This document shows positions 9,138-18,942 of a stretch of DNA of 64,000 nt, piece by piece. The stretch spans positions 6,429 to 70,428 of the forward strand of contig JAFGVV010000065.1 in the NCBI GenBank assembly GCA_016937795.1. Reading direction: 5' to 3'. Below the pieces are notes generated by a model, which saw nothing but the letters and a program-made list of their open reading frames with translations, did not search any database and was not told the origin of the DNA. Source of the stretch: Paludibacteraceae bacterium (GTDB taxonomy: Bacteria; Bacteroidota; Bacteroidia; Bacteroidales; Paludibacteraceae). Position 1 is the first letter of the stretch, and every line of letters begins with the position of its first letter. Made by a program: the position numbers and the translations under genes.

Positions 9138-11177
9138 ATGAAGAAACTAACATTTGCATTTATGACAACAGCTTTAATGGCTTGCGGAGGTGCTAAAGAC
9201 AACGCCCCGACGATTGAGGATTTTAATTATCAGGTTGATAAGTTTGCCGATGTGGAGATATTGCGCTATCGGGTTCCTGATTTTGAGCAACTCACACTGA
9301 AGCAGAAGGAAATGATTTATTATCTGACGCAGGCGGCGCTCGAAGGTCGCGATATTCTGTACGATCAGAATCATAAAAATAATCTGACCATTCGCCGTAC
9401 ACTCGAGGCGGTTTACGAAAACTACAAAGGCGATCGAAATTCGGAAGAGTTTGCAGCTCTCACTACTTATCTGAAACAGGTTTGGATGGGTAATGGCATT
9501 CATCATCATTATTCCGAAGAGAAATTTACGCCGGCTTTTTCGAAAGCTTTTTTTGAAAGTGCTGTAGCTCAAACTGATGCAAGGCTTTTGCCATTGCTCG
9601 AAAACGAAACTGCAGCGCAACTTGTGGCCCGTATCGCTCCGGTAATTTTCGACCCGACGCTTTATCCGAAACGTACCAATCAGGAACCGGGTATGGATTT
9701 GATTCTGACTTCGGCCAATAATTATTACGAGGGAGTAACGCAGGCCGAAGTGGAAAATTTCTATGCCAAAATGAAAGATCCGAACGATAATACTCCCGTG
9801 TCGTATGGTTTGAATTCAAAATTGGTAAAGGAAAACGGACAGTTGGTTGAGAAAACCTACAAAGTGGGTGGCATGTACAGTGCTGCGCTCGAACGTATTG
9901 TAGGCTGGCTCGAAAAAGCTGCTGCCGTTGCCGAAAACGACAAACAACGTGAGGTAATTGAAAAACTGATTGCGTTTAACCGCGATGGCGATTTGAAAAC
10001 TTTCGACGAATATGCTATCAAATGGGTGCAGGATGTAGAGTCGCAGATTGATTTTATAAATGGCTTTACCGAGACTTATGGCGACCCACTGGGAATGAAA
10101 GCCAGTTGGGAATCGCTTATTAATTTCAAAAATATTGAAGCTACAAAACGTACGCAGATTATCAGCGATAATGCACAATGGTTTGAAGATCATTCGCCTA
10201 TCAGCCCTGAGTTTAAAAAGGAAAAAGTGAAAGGTGTATCGGCAAAAGTAATTACCGCTGCTATGCTTGGCGGCGATTGCTATCCTTCGACACCGATTGG
10301 AGTGAATCTGCCCAACTCGAACTGGATTCGTCGCGACTATGGTTCAAAATCGGTGACTATCGAGAATATTACCGAAGCTTACGATCAGGCTTCGCTCGGA
10401 AGCGGCTTTGCCGAAGAATTTATGTGGAGTCAGGTTGAACTTGATCGCGCTAAACAATATGGCTCGCTTACCAATAATCTGCACACCGACCTGCACGAAT
10501 GTCTCGGTCATGGTTCGGGCAAGTTACTTCCCGGAGTTGATCCCGATGCCTTGCGTGCTTATGGTTCGCCGGTGGAAGAAGCCCGTGCCGATTTGTTCGG
10601 ATTGTATTATATGGGCGATGAAAAAGCGGTTGAGCTGGGACTTTTACCCGATGCTGAGGCTTATAAGGCCGCATATTATCAATATATTATGAATGGTTTG
10701 ATGACACAACTTACCCGTATACAGCCCGGAAAAAATATTGAACAGGCACACATGCGAAATCGTCAGCTTATTGCTTCGTGGGTTTACGAAAAAGGAAAAG
10801 CCGACAAGGTGGTGGAGCTTAAAAAACGTGATGGCGAAACTTTTGTGGTTGTGAACGATTACGAAAAATTGCGTGGATTGTTTGGTGAATTGCTGACCGA
10901 AATTCAACGTATCAAATCGACCGGCGATTACGAAGCTGCAAAAACCATGGTAGAAACTTATGCTGTGAAAGTAAATCAGGAAATACACACCGAAGTGCTC
11001 GACAGATATAAAAAACTGAATCTGGCACCTTATCGTGGTTTTGTAAATCCGGTTTACACTTTGGTTACTGATAAAAACGGAAAAGTAACAGATGTGAAAA
11101 TCTCGTACGACGAAAATTTTGTGGATCAGCATTTACGCTATTCGAAAGAATATTCTGTGTTGCCAAATTACAATTAA
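9138..11177 (+). CDS. Dipeptidyl peptidase III (peptidase M49), lipoprotein
   Basis: HECLGH hexapeptide zinc motif, EEARAD and ETYGDPLG. Lipobox LMAC after MKKLTF (start 9138); -7 box TACCTTTG at 9078-9085. Confidence 0.93.
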   Translation: MKKLTFAFMTTALMACGGAKDNAPTIEDFNYQVDKFADVEILRYRVPDFEQLTLKQKEMIYYLTQAALEGRDILYDQNHKNNLTIRRTLEAVYENYKGDRNSEEFAALTTYLKQVWMGNGIHHHYSEEKFTPAFSKAFFESAVAQTDARLLPLLENETAAQLVARIAPVIFDPTLYPKRTNQEPGMDLILTSANNYYEGVTQAEVENFYAKMKDPNDNTPVSYGLNSKLVKENGQLVEKTYKVGGMYSAALERIVGWLEKAAAVAENDKQREVIEKLIAFNRDGDLKTFDEYAIKWVQDVESQIDFINGFTETYGDPLGMKASWESLINFKNIEATKRTQIISDNAQWFEDHSPISPEFKKEKVKGVSAKVITAAMLGGDCYPSTPIGVNLPNSNWIRRDYGSKSVTIENITEAYDQASLGSGFAEEFMWSQVELDRAKQYGSLTNNLHTDLHECLGHGSGKLLPGVDPDALRAYGSPVEEARADLFGLYYMGDEKAVELGLLPDAEAYKAAYYQYIMNGLMTQLTRIQPGKNIEQAHMRNRQLIASWVYEKGKADKVVELKKRDGETFVVVNDYEKLRGLFGELLTEIQRIKSTGDYEAAKTMVETYAVKVNQEIHTEVLDRYKKLNLAPYRGFVNPVYTLVTDKNGKVTDVKISYDENFVDQHLRYSKEYSVLPNYN

Positions 11178-11196
11178 AAGCTGAGTTATTACAAAT

Positions 11197-11234
11197 TAAA
11201 AGGGGAAAACCGCATTGAGTGGTTTTCCCCTTTT
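11197..11234. terminator. Bidirectional terminator between DPP III and the sialidase
   Basis: AAAAGGGGAAAACC / GGTTTTCCCCTTTT stem between convergent genes. Confidence 0.85.
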
Positions 11235-11256
11235 GTTTTCCCCGAAGTGGAACTTG

Positions 11257-14200
11257 TTATTTTACAGTTAACTTATGAATTGTGTTTTCTACATCAACAA
11301 TGTAAATTCCCGGATTTAGTTTCGATTCAGCGGCTACTGCAACTCCGTTCAGCATAAATACACGTGGTTTTGCATCGCTGCCTTTAATTCTGATATATCC
11401 GTTTTCAGCATATACATTGATGTTGCTCAATTTGTTTTGAGAAAAACCTGTGCTTGTTTTGAGTTTGTCGGCTCCGTTAGTCAACCAGTCGAGCGATAAA
11501 TTTACAAACATCATAGTGTATGCCTGATCGTTGTCGGTTTCGTAGTATACACCAATGGTGCTGTCGGGCAGTATGGTGATTGAAGAATATGCCGACGTGT
11601 TCGGACAAATTGTTTTCTTCACTGGCCATGTTGTTCCTTCGTCGTAGCTCAGCCACATGCTAAGGTTGCGACGATCGCTCGCATTTGGCAAGGTGTGCAG
11701 AATGCGGTTTTTGTCAAATCCGTCCAATGTAGAAGTAAAGCGGATAATGTCAGCATCACAGGCATTTCCCCATATTTCCGACCACGAATTTTTTGTTCCC
11801 CAGCTTACTCCGCCATCGGTTGATTTTGCCCAAAGACGGTTTCCGCCTGTGCGGCTGCTCATGAGAATGTCACCATTGTTAAGTTCTACAACCTTGGCTT
11901 CGTCGCCACCTACAATGGCTGTGTTCGAAACTTTCCAGGTTTCTCCTTCGTCATCAGAATATACGGCATAGTTCTGGAATGTGCTTTTGTTGGGTTCGCG
12001 TACCGCAATTACAGCCATCACTCTGCCCGAGCGGGTTGTGAGTCCGCGTCCAGAACCGAAGAATGAACCCTGCCATGTAGCACGAACCGGGTCAGGGCAA
12101 CCTGCTCCGTAAAGCTGTGTTGTAATATCTCGCGGTGTACTCCATGTCAGCCCATTGTCGGTACTGGTCGACATATAATGTTTCATTGGGTTAGCTGCCG
12201 TTGAACCAAAGAATCCGGTGCCATTTACAAACAATGCTATAAGTTTACCTGAGTTTGCTTTGATAATTGCAGCGTCGCCAAAACCATTTGAGTTTCCGGT
12301 TCCCTGAGCCACCGTTATAGGTGCCGACCATGTTTTTCCACCATCGGTACTACGATTTGCAACTACGTCGATATCGGCTGGTAAGTCGCCCGAATGGAAT
12401 TTACGTTTGTCGGTAAGAACTACCAAAGCACCATCAGCAGCAGTAATCAGAGCCGGAATGCGATAACTTACTGAATTGTAATCGCCAGGAGTGTACACAA
12501 TACTTTGTTTCAGGAATACTGTGGTGGCAAACGGAGCTGCTTTGGTGGTTGGAACATAAGTTTTGTCGCCATTGTTATCGTAAGCTACCGAAAGTAGTCG
12601 AACCGCCAGTTTGTCGCCTTCGCTAGCTGTTTCGGCCACATCAGCTACAAAATGTATCACATTTGCTCCCAGGTCGATAGCAAGCGGGGTTTCGAGGTTC
12701 ACATTTACACTTAGAATAGAAGCGGGACTTTCAATAGTGCCGAGCAAAGTGTGTGTGGCTGTATTCAGTTTTGTACTGCTGCCCGAAGCATAAATTTTAA
12801 TTCTTTCAATGGCATTGATGTTAGTTGTGCCCGAGAAATCAACTGTAAGTGATTTTAAAGTCACAGAACCAACCAGGCCAGAAGTAGTGAGTGTAGTATA
12901 CATCAATGTCTGGTTGCGGTTTCCGATACCTGTTTCAGTATATCTCTGCATAATTGTTGATCCTGAAATGCTCACTTGAATATTGTTATCGGCTTCGGGT
13001 AGTTGCTCAAGTCGCCATGCCGAAGCAGTGTTCAAACCACCTGCCCATGTCACAAGTAGCGAACCTGCCTGTTGTGCGTGAAGTGGGTTTTGTCCATCGG
13101 CATTGAAAGTGAATTGTCCATCTTCGCCAAGGAAAGTGGCTGTAAATGCTACAGCTGTAGCTGTAGTTCCTTCATTTCGTGGATTGGCAGGAATATATAA
13201 TCCTGAAGCACGGTTTTTAATTGATATCTTTCCGTTTCCGGCATCGATAAACTGCCATAATTTGTTCGGGTCGAGTGATTTATCTGTAAATGAAATTGCT
13301 GTTCCCGCAGTGTTGTTTTGGTTTACAATTACTTTTCCGTTGGCATACACAGTGTTTACGTTGCTGATGTAATACCAAACATCTTTTTCAGGAGTGCTTA
13401 AAACAATAGGATTTCGGGCCGCCTGAAAATCGGTTTGTGCCTGTGCGAGTGTAATAGCGGCAGTTTCTTTTTCGGTACTTGTCGAATTGCCGTTGTTTGT
13501 TGCAATAGCAGCATCAATGGCAGCTCTGAAAGTTCCTTTTACAGCAGTTGTATATGTACCCGGATTGGTTCCTGTAGGCGATTTGCCATAAAGGGTTTCG
13601 GCATTTAAAATTGCAATTGAGAGCACATCCGAAGGATCGTAGGTCAGAAACTGGAATGAGCAATTATCGGCTGCACTACCTGTGTAGTTCATTAACCCAT
13701 AATTATTTGAACTGCTACCTGCATGCACTCTGAAACTCACACTTGCTCCAGTGTTTTCAATCAGGAAAAAGTCAATTCTGTCGGTAACGTCGCTCGCATG
13801 AGTCGATTGTGTCAGTTTGAATTTCACGGTGGGAACTTCCGTTTTTGTGCCCATGTTTACAGGACTTGCACCTGCATCAGCATTCATGTAAGTGGCATCA
13901 GCTTTGCTCTGAATGATATATCCATCGCCGTCTGCTACTACTTTCCACAACTGTGTATCTTTCAGCGCACGTTCTTTGTTGAGTATCTGTTTGCCTGCTC
14001 CCTGATTTTCGGCAAACAGGCTTGTGGATGAACTTCCTCTCTGACCTTTTATAAAGTACCAGTACTGGTTTTCGGTATTGCTGATTTTAATTACATTTTT
14101 ACTGTTTGTATACGTAGTAATGGCAGTGTTTAGAGTGGTTGTTGCATTGGTTTTGTCTTCTTCAGTGGCCGACGTATTGTCTCTTACTGCTTGAGCCGCA

Positions 14201-14850
14201 GCGATAGCAGCATTAAGTGTATTGCGGCTTTCAGCTGTGTATTGTCCGGGGTGAATGCCTTGTTTTGATTGGAAAATTGCGGCTCGTGCACTTGCAATTG
14301 CAGTTTCGAGTGGTGTTTGCGCTTGTGGAATAAAAAACCAGGCTGTAAGACTGTTGATCTGAAATCCTGTATTCATTCTGTCGCAAAGATTGTTTTGCCA
14401 CGAAACTGTACAGCTTGTTCCTGCATCAGTTGTGTACATACGGTACTGGTTGCTGGCAATCAGTACATGGTTGAATGCTTTACCTGTGTTGTCGGTTGCA
14501 GCACTGTGCGATCCCGACATATACATGCCTGTAGCTTTGTTTTTCAGGTAATTAGTGCCGGAGATGTTCACAATTGCCCACAGCGCATGGTCGACAGTTG
14601 GTGCGGTACTAAGTGGTTTGTGCATTAGTTTCCCGGCTGCTGTAGGACAGATAATCACATTTCCTCTGAAATCACCGGTAAAATTATTAAAGGTGAATGA
14701 ACCATCGGATGCCGATTCAATAAAATAGTAAACAGGATTTTCAGTATCCGATACAATGGGTTGAACTGCAGTGCCGTTTAGTTGTGCATAACTAAAGCTA
14801 ATAATGCAGAACAGAAACAGAGAGGTTAAAAAATGTTTGGTCTTTTTCAT
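11257..14850 (-). CDS. Multimodular GH33 sialidase with N-terminal beta-trefoil-like and FIVAR-like repeats and a T9SS-type C-terminal domain
   Basis: YRIP motif, five Asp boxes (STDGGKTW, STDNGLTW, SDDEGETW, STDGGVSW, SYDEGTTW), GDEAKVVE and AYSSI. Has a signal peptide and a C-terminal ...PGIYIV...HKLTVK. Confidence 0.9.
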   Translation of the reverse strand: MKKTKHFLTSLFLFCIISFSYAQLNGTAVQPIVSDTENPVYYFIESASDGSFTFNNFTGDFRGNVIICPTAAGKLMHKPLSTAPTVDHALWAIVNISGTNYLKNKATGMYMSGSHSAATDNTGKAFNHVLIASNQYRMYTTDAGTSCTVSWQNNLCDRMNTGFQINSLTAWFFIPQAQTPLETAIASARAAIFQSKQGIHPGQYTAESRNTLNAAIAAAQAVRDNTSATEEDKTNATTTLNTAITTYTNSKNVIKISNTENQYWYFIKGQRGSSSTSLFAENQGAGKQILNKERALKDTQLWKVVADGDGYIIQSKADATYMNADAGASPVNMGTKTEVPTVKFKLTQSTHASDVTDRIDFFLIENTGASVSFRVHAGSSSNNYGLMNYTGSAADNCSFQFLTYDPSDVLSIAILNAETLYGKSPTGTNPGTYTTAVKGTFRAAIDAAIATNNGNSTSTEKETAAITLAQAQTDFQAARNPIVLSTPEKDVWYYISNVNTVYANGKVIVNQNNTAGTAISFTDKSLDPNKLWQFIDAGNGKISIKNRASGLYIPANPRNEGTTATAVAFTATFLGEDGQFTFNADGQNPLHAQQAGSLLVTWAGGLNTASAWRLEQLPEADNNIQVSISGSTIMQRYTETGIGNRNQTLMYTTLTTSGLVGSVTLKSLTVDFSGTTNINAIERIKIYASGSSTKLNTATHTLLGTIESPASILSVNVNLETPLAIDLGANVIHFVADVAETASEGDKLAVRLLSVAYDNNGDKTYVPTTKAAPFATTVFLKQSIVYTPGDYNSVSYRIPALITAADGALVVLTDKRKFHSGDLPADIDVVANRSTDGGKTWSAPITVAQGTGNSNGFGDAAIIKANSGKLIALFVNGTGFFGSTAANPMKHYMSTSTDNGLTWSTPRDITTQLYGAGCPDPVRATWQGSFFGSGRGLTTRSGRVMAVIAVREPNKSTFQNYAVYSDDEGETWKVSNTAIVGGDEAKVVELNNGDILMSSRTGGNRLWAKSTDGGVSWGTKNSWSEIWGNACDADIIRFTSTLDGFDKNRILHTLPNASDRRNLSMWLSYDEGTTWPVKKTICPNTSAYSSITILPDSTIGVYYETDNDQAYTMMFVNLSLDWLTNGADKLKTSTGFSQNKLSNINVYAENGYIRIKGSDAKPRVFMLNGVAVAAESKLNPGIYIVDVENTIHKLTVK

Positions 14851-15083
14851 GATATACGCATTAAAAATTTTTGGATTATATTTTTTTCTAGTAACTGAAT
14901 GAATTCTTACAGCCGTATTATTTTTTTTTTATGTTGATAGGTTGATTAGAATTATTTATTGCTACAAAAATAATAAAATAATTTATTAATACAAGATGTT
15001 ATAATGAAAAATGTATGATATGTTTCAGATTAAGTCTATGTGTGGTAAAAATATGAAGTCTTAACATTAAAATTGTTTCCAAC

Positions 15084-15125
15084 AAAAAGCCCGGAAAGAT
15101 TAATCCTTCAGGGCTTTAGTTTTTT
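15084..15125 (-). terminator. Probable terminator downstream of the GNAT acyltransferase
   Basis: AAAGCCC...GGGCTTT stem with flanking A/T runs. Confidence 0.6.
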
Positions 15126-15147
15126 ATTCAGAAAAAATGTCTGAATA

Positions 15148-16209
15148 TTATTTTTTTGTCGTAGTTTTTTTCTGTCTGTCTTTTTTAGCTTTTCCGGCAG
15201 CTTTTTCTTCTTTTTCTTTATGTTTTGCTTCACGCGCAAGTCTTTTGGCTACTTTTCGTTCCTCAAGTACAATTTTTAAATACTCAATATAAGGCTCGAT
15301 ATATCTTTTACGCTTTGTTTCAAGTAAATCGGCCATAGTAACCATAATGCCGGTTTCGTAAACCGAACCAAAATCATGGTCGAGAATGCTTCCAAACATA
15401 CGCATTGTATCGGTCAGACCTATATATGCATTAAATAAAGCAGGGATTGTTTCACCTTCAGCACGAACGGCTTTTTGAAGAGCTTTGTAATCTTCGGACG
15501 AGTGTTTTCCGCTAAAGATTTTCTTTGCTTTTTTCTTTGATTCTTTGCTTACTTCTATAGCTATTTTGGGACGTATAAGTTCTTCTTTGTCAGGAAAGTA
15601 TAGGTACATGTATTCGTAAATTAGCTCACGTGCAATAGTCGGATACGTATTGTAAATTGTTACCTTCCCAATAAAGTATTTTGCATCTTTTACCGAATGT
15701 ATAAGTGCTCCCAAACCATCCCATAGATTATCGAGTGCAAAAAGGCTTTTGGTACCCATTTTCGATGTTTGGTAATCAGGTTGTACAAAAGCACGTCCTA
15801 GCTCAATGGTGTTAGGCATAAATTCATTCACGAACTTTTCACTAAAAGTAAATAAATGTGCCATAACGAATTTAGGTTGCCCGTTTTCATTTAACTCTAC
15901 TTCGGTACCAGGTAAAAACCGATAACCACCGATAATTTCTTCGGCCTGTGGATCCCATACAATAAGCTGTCGATATGGTTTTTCCATGTAGTCATATTTA
16001 TCGGTATCTATTTCTTCACCGGTACCACCACCTCCTGATCGGAACGATAACTCGCGTAAGCGCCCGATCTCGAGCATTACATTAGGTGAATCGTGAGAAG
16101 TGATTATGTAAATCTCGTTATGTGCTTTATTGGTGGGTCTTAAAAATTTATCAGAACTGAGTTCTTTCTTTATTAGCTCTCTGTCAATGCGGGCAATAAT
16201 TGGTTTCAT
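15148..16209 (-). CDS. GNAT-family N-acyltransferase (OlsB/GlsB-like, often annotated hemolysin) with a Lys-rich tail
   Basis: EIGRLRELSFRSGGGGTG, QLIVWDP...IIGGYR, IELGRAFVQPDYQ and LDNLWDGLGAL. Confidence 0.8.
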   Translation of the reverse strand: MKPIIARIDRELIKKELSSDKFLRPTNKAHNEIYIITSHDSPNVMLEIGRLRELSFRSGGGGTGEEIDTDKYDYMEKPYRQLIVWDPQAEEIIGGYRFLPGTEVELNENGQPKFVMAHLFTFSEKFVNEFMPNTIELGRAFVQPDYQTSKMGTKSLFALDNLWDGLGALIHSVKDAKYFIGKVTIYNTYPTIARELIYEYMYLYFPDKEELIRPKIAIEVSKESKKKAKKIFSGKHSSEDYKALQKAVRAEGETIPALFNAYIGLTDTMRMFGSILDHDFGSVYETGIMVTMADLLETKRKRYIEPYIEYLKIVLEERKVAKRLAREAKHKEKEEKAAGKAKKDRQKKTTTKK

Positions 16210-16564
16210 TAATATGTCTAATGGTTAGTAATTATTATCTCTGCTTTATTATGCTCGACAAAAGTAGTGTTTTTTTGAGTTTAAAGAACCTTCTAATGCT
16301 CAAAAAATGGCCAACAGTCTACAAATTGTCATTTTTTATTTAGCTGAATACCTATAATTGCTCACAACTTGTCAAAATGTGTAGTTAATTGTCTGTTGTC
16401 AGTTGTCATTTTGTTAACCTGATTCAATAATATGAACTGATAATATTTACAAATCTCATTTTTTTACTATTAAAATCAATCTCTGAACCACTTTTATGGA
16501 AAAAAATTGCGATTTTTGCAGTCTCACACTAGGTCGATTTTAATTAATTTGTAAAATACAGGAT

Positions 16565-17752
16565 ATGAAAAAACTGATTTTTATTTCGTTGTGCTTAATA
16601 ATGCTGCCCGTATATGCTGCAAAACCGGTGACTGATTATATCGATTGGGCCCGAAAAATTGCAAATTCAGAGATGAAACGCAATCCGGAATTATGGATGA
16701 CCGACTTTGTGACTGAGCCTAAATGGAATTATACCCATGGTTTGATGGCAGCAGCGTATATAAAATTATTCTATCAAACTGAGGATACCATTTATTATCA
16801 GTATGTAAAGACTTTTGCAGAACAATTTGTAGCTGTTTCCGGTGATATTAAAACATATAATACTGATGAGTATAATATTGATAAGCTGAACGGAGGGAAT
16901 TTTCTGTTCGATATGTTTACAATTACGCAGGACCCCAAATATGTGGCAGCTATTCGTTTATTACGTTCACAACTTTATACACATCCGCGCGTAAAGGAAC
17001 GCGCATTTTGGCACAAAAAGGTATATCCCAATCAGGTATGGCTCGATGGTTTGTATATGGGAGCGCCTTTTTACACACGTTTTGCAGCTATTTTCGATCA
17101 GCCGATAGAAGTTTTCGACGATGTAATTATTCAGTTTCGTGTAGCCGATAAGTATACGTTTGATACCAAGACCGGCCTAAATTATCATGGCTGGGACGAA
17201 AGTCATCGCGAGCGCTGGGCTAACAAAACAACCGGACAGTCGCCAAATTTCTGGAGCAGAAGTATTGGCTGGTATATGATGGCTATTGTGGATGTGCTCG
17301 AGTATCTTCCTGTAAATCATCCCGACAGATCATATCTGATTAAAATACTGAACAGACTTTCGGCATCTGTAGTGAAATATCAGGACAGAAAAACAGGAAT
17401 GTGGTGGCAGGTGACCAATATGAAGCGAAAGAGCGGAAACTATCTCGAGTCTTCAGGTACAGCAATGTTTTCGTATGCCCTTGCTAAAGGAGTGAACAAT
17501 GGGTATCTTTCTTCCAAAAAATTCAGAAAACCCGCCATAAAAGCTTTCGATGGATTGATAAAACACAGCATGGTGATGAATGCCGATAGCACTTACTCAA
17601 TAACCAAAGCCTGTAGTGTGGCCGGTTTGGGTGGAAACCCTTACCGCGATGGTAGTTATCAGTATTATATCAGTGAGCCTGTCAGAAGCGATGATCCTAA
17701 GGTGCTTGGGCCGTTTATACTGGCCGCAATCGAACTTTCAAAACTGAAATAA
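16565..17752 (+). CDS. Unsaturated glucuronyl/rhamnogalacturonyl hydrolase (GH105/GH88 clan, YteR-like)
   Basis: Signal peptide, WNYTHG, YNIDKLN, FWHK..YPNQVWLDGLYM, YHGWDES, FWSRSIGW, YLESSGTAMF and VAGLGG. Confidence 0.92.
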   Translation: MKKLIFISLCLIMLPVYAAKPVTDYIDWARKIANSEMKRNPELWMTDFVTEPKWNYTHGLMAAAYIKLFYQTEDTIYYQYVKTFAEQFVAVSGDIKTYNTDEYNIDKLNGGNFLFDMFTITQDPKYVAAIRLLRSQLYTHPRVKERAFWHKKVYPNQVWLDGLYMGAPFYTRFAAIFDQPIEVFDDVIIQFRVADKYTFDTKTGLNYHGWDESHRERWANKTTGQSPNFWSRSIGWYMMAIVDVLEYLPVNHPDRSYLIKILNRLSASVVKYQDRKTGMWWQVTNMKRKSGNYLESSGTAMFSYALAKGVNNGYLSSKKFRKPAIKAFDGLIKHSMVMNADSTYSITKACSVAGLGGNPYRDGSYQYYISEPVRSDDPKVLGPFILAAIELSKLK

Positions 17753-17775
17753 CTCTTTAAAATATATTATTTGAA

Positions 17776-18813
17776 ATGAAAAGAAGACTTATCTTTTTAT
17801 CAATGTTTGTTTTGATAACCGGCATGTTAACTGCTCAGAATTTTATTACGGGTAAAAATGAAGCTCCGGTTTTTCATCCCGATTCGGCTGATTTTGTGGT
17901 GGCGCAGGATGGCTCGGGCGATTTTGTTACTGTGCAGGCAGCCATTGATGCTGTGCCTGCATATCGGAAAAAACGTACAACCATTTTTATAAAGAACGGA
18001 ATTTATAAAGAAAAACTGGTGCTCCCGGCCAACAAACAACTTGTAAGTTTTATAGGGGAAAGTGCTGAAAAAACAATCCTGACTTATAGCGACTGGGCAC
18101 AGAAGAAAACGGCATTTGGCGAAGAAACCGGAACTTCAGGTTCAGCATCGTTCTTTGTGTATGGTCAGGATTTTTATGCAGCCAATATCACTTTTGCTAA
18201 TAGTGCCGGACCGGTAGGGCAAGCAGTGGCAGTGCACGTAAGCGGCGATCGTTGCGTGTTCTTCAATTGTCACTTTCTGGGCTTTCAGGACACTTTGTTT
18301 ACTTATGCCGACAATAGTCGTCAGTATTACCGCGATTGTTATATCGAAGGAACTACCGATTTTATTTTTGGTTGGTCCACAGCTGTTTTCGATGAATGTG
18401 TAATTCATAGTTTAAAGGATTCTTACATTACAGCTGCTTCTACATTGAAAGAAACGAAATATGGCTATCTGTTTTATCGTTGCAAACTCACTGCTGCGCC
18501 CGATGTGACAAAAGTGTATTTGGGGCGTCCATGGCGAATTTACGCAAAAACTGTTTTTCGGGAATGCGAACTGGATAAGCATATTTTGCCCGAAGGCTGG
18601 CACAACTGGAAAAAGCCGGAGGCTGAGAAAACAACTTTCTATGCTGAGTTTGAAAATACCGGTGCGGGTGCTGAGAAATCAAAACGCGTGAAATGGTCGA
18701 AGCAACTTTCGAAAAAGCAACAAAAAGAGTGGACGGTTGAAAACGTGCTGAAAGGCAAAGATGGCTGGAATCCCAAAGAAGGAATTTTGAAAGAAATAGT
18801 CAATTTCAGATAG
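17776..18813 (+). CDS. Pectinesterase (CE8)
   Basis: VAQDGSGDF.TVQAAID, GQAVA, GFQDTLF, IEGTTDFIFG and YLGRPW. Confidence 0.93.
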   Translation: MKRRLIFLSMFVLITGMLTAQNFITGKNEAPVFHPDSADFVVAQDGSGDFVTVQAAIDAVPAYRKKRTTIFIKNGIYKEKLVLPANKQLVSFIGESAEKTILTYSDWAQKKTAFGEETGTSGSASFFVYGQDFYAANITFANSAGPVGQAVAVHVSGDRCVFFNCHFLGFQDTLFTYADNSRQYYRDCYIEGTTDFIFGWSTAVFDECVIHSLKDSYITAASTLKETKYGYLFYRCKLTAAPDVTKVYLGRPWRIYAKTVFRECELDKHILPEGWHNWKKPEAEKTTFYAEFENTGAGAEKSKRVKWSKQLSKKQQKEWTVENVLKGKDGWNPKEGILKEIVNFR

Positions 18814-18902
18814 TAAGTAATAGGAATAATATGATGTCGCATTTTAAAAGAATTTGAAATATCAAAAATTACGACATTATATTCTTCCTATTACTTAAAT
18901 AC

Positions 18903-18938
18903 AAAAAAAGTAAAGCCCGTTGAGCTTTACTTTTTTTT
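18903..18938. terminator. Bidirectional terminator between CE8 and floA
   Basis: 14-bp stem AAAAAAAGTAAAGC/GCTTTACTTTTTTT. Confidence 0.85.
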
Positions 18939-18942
18939 GTAA

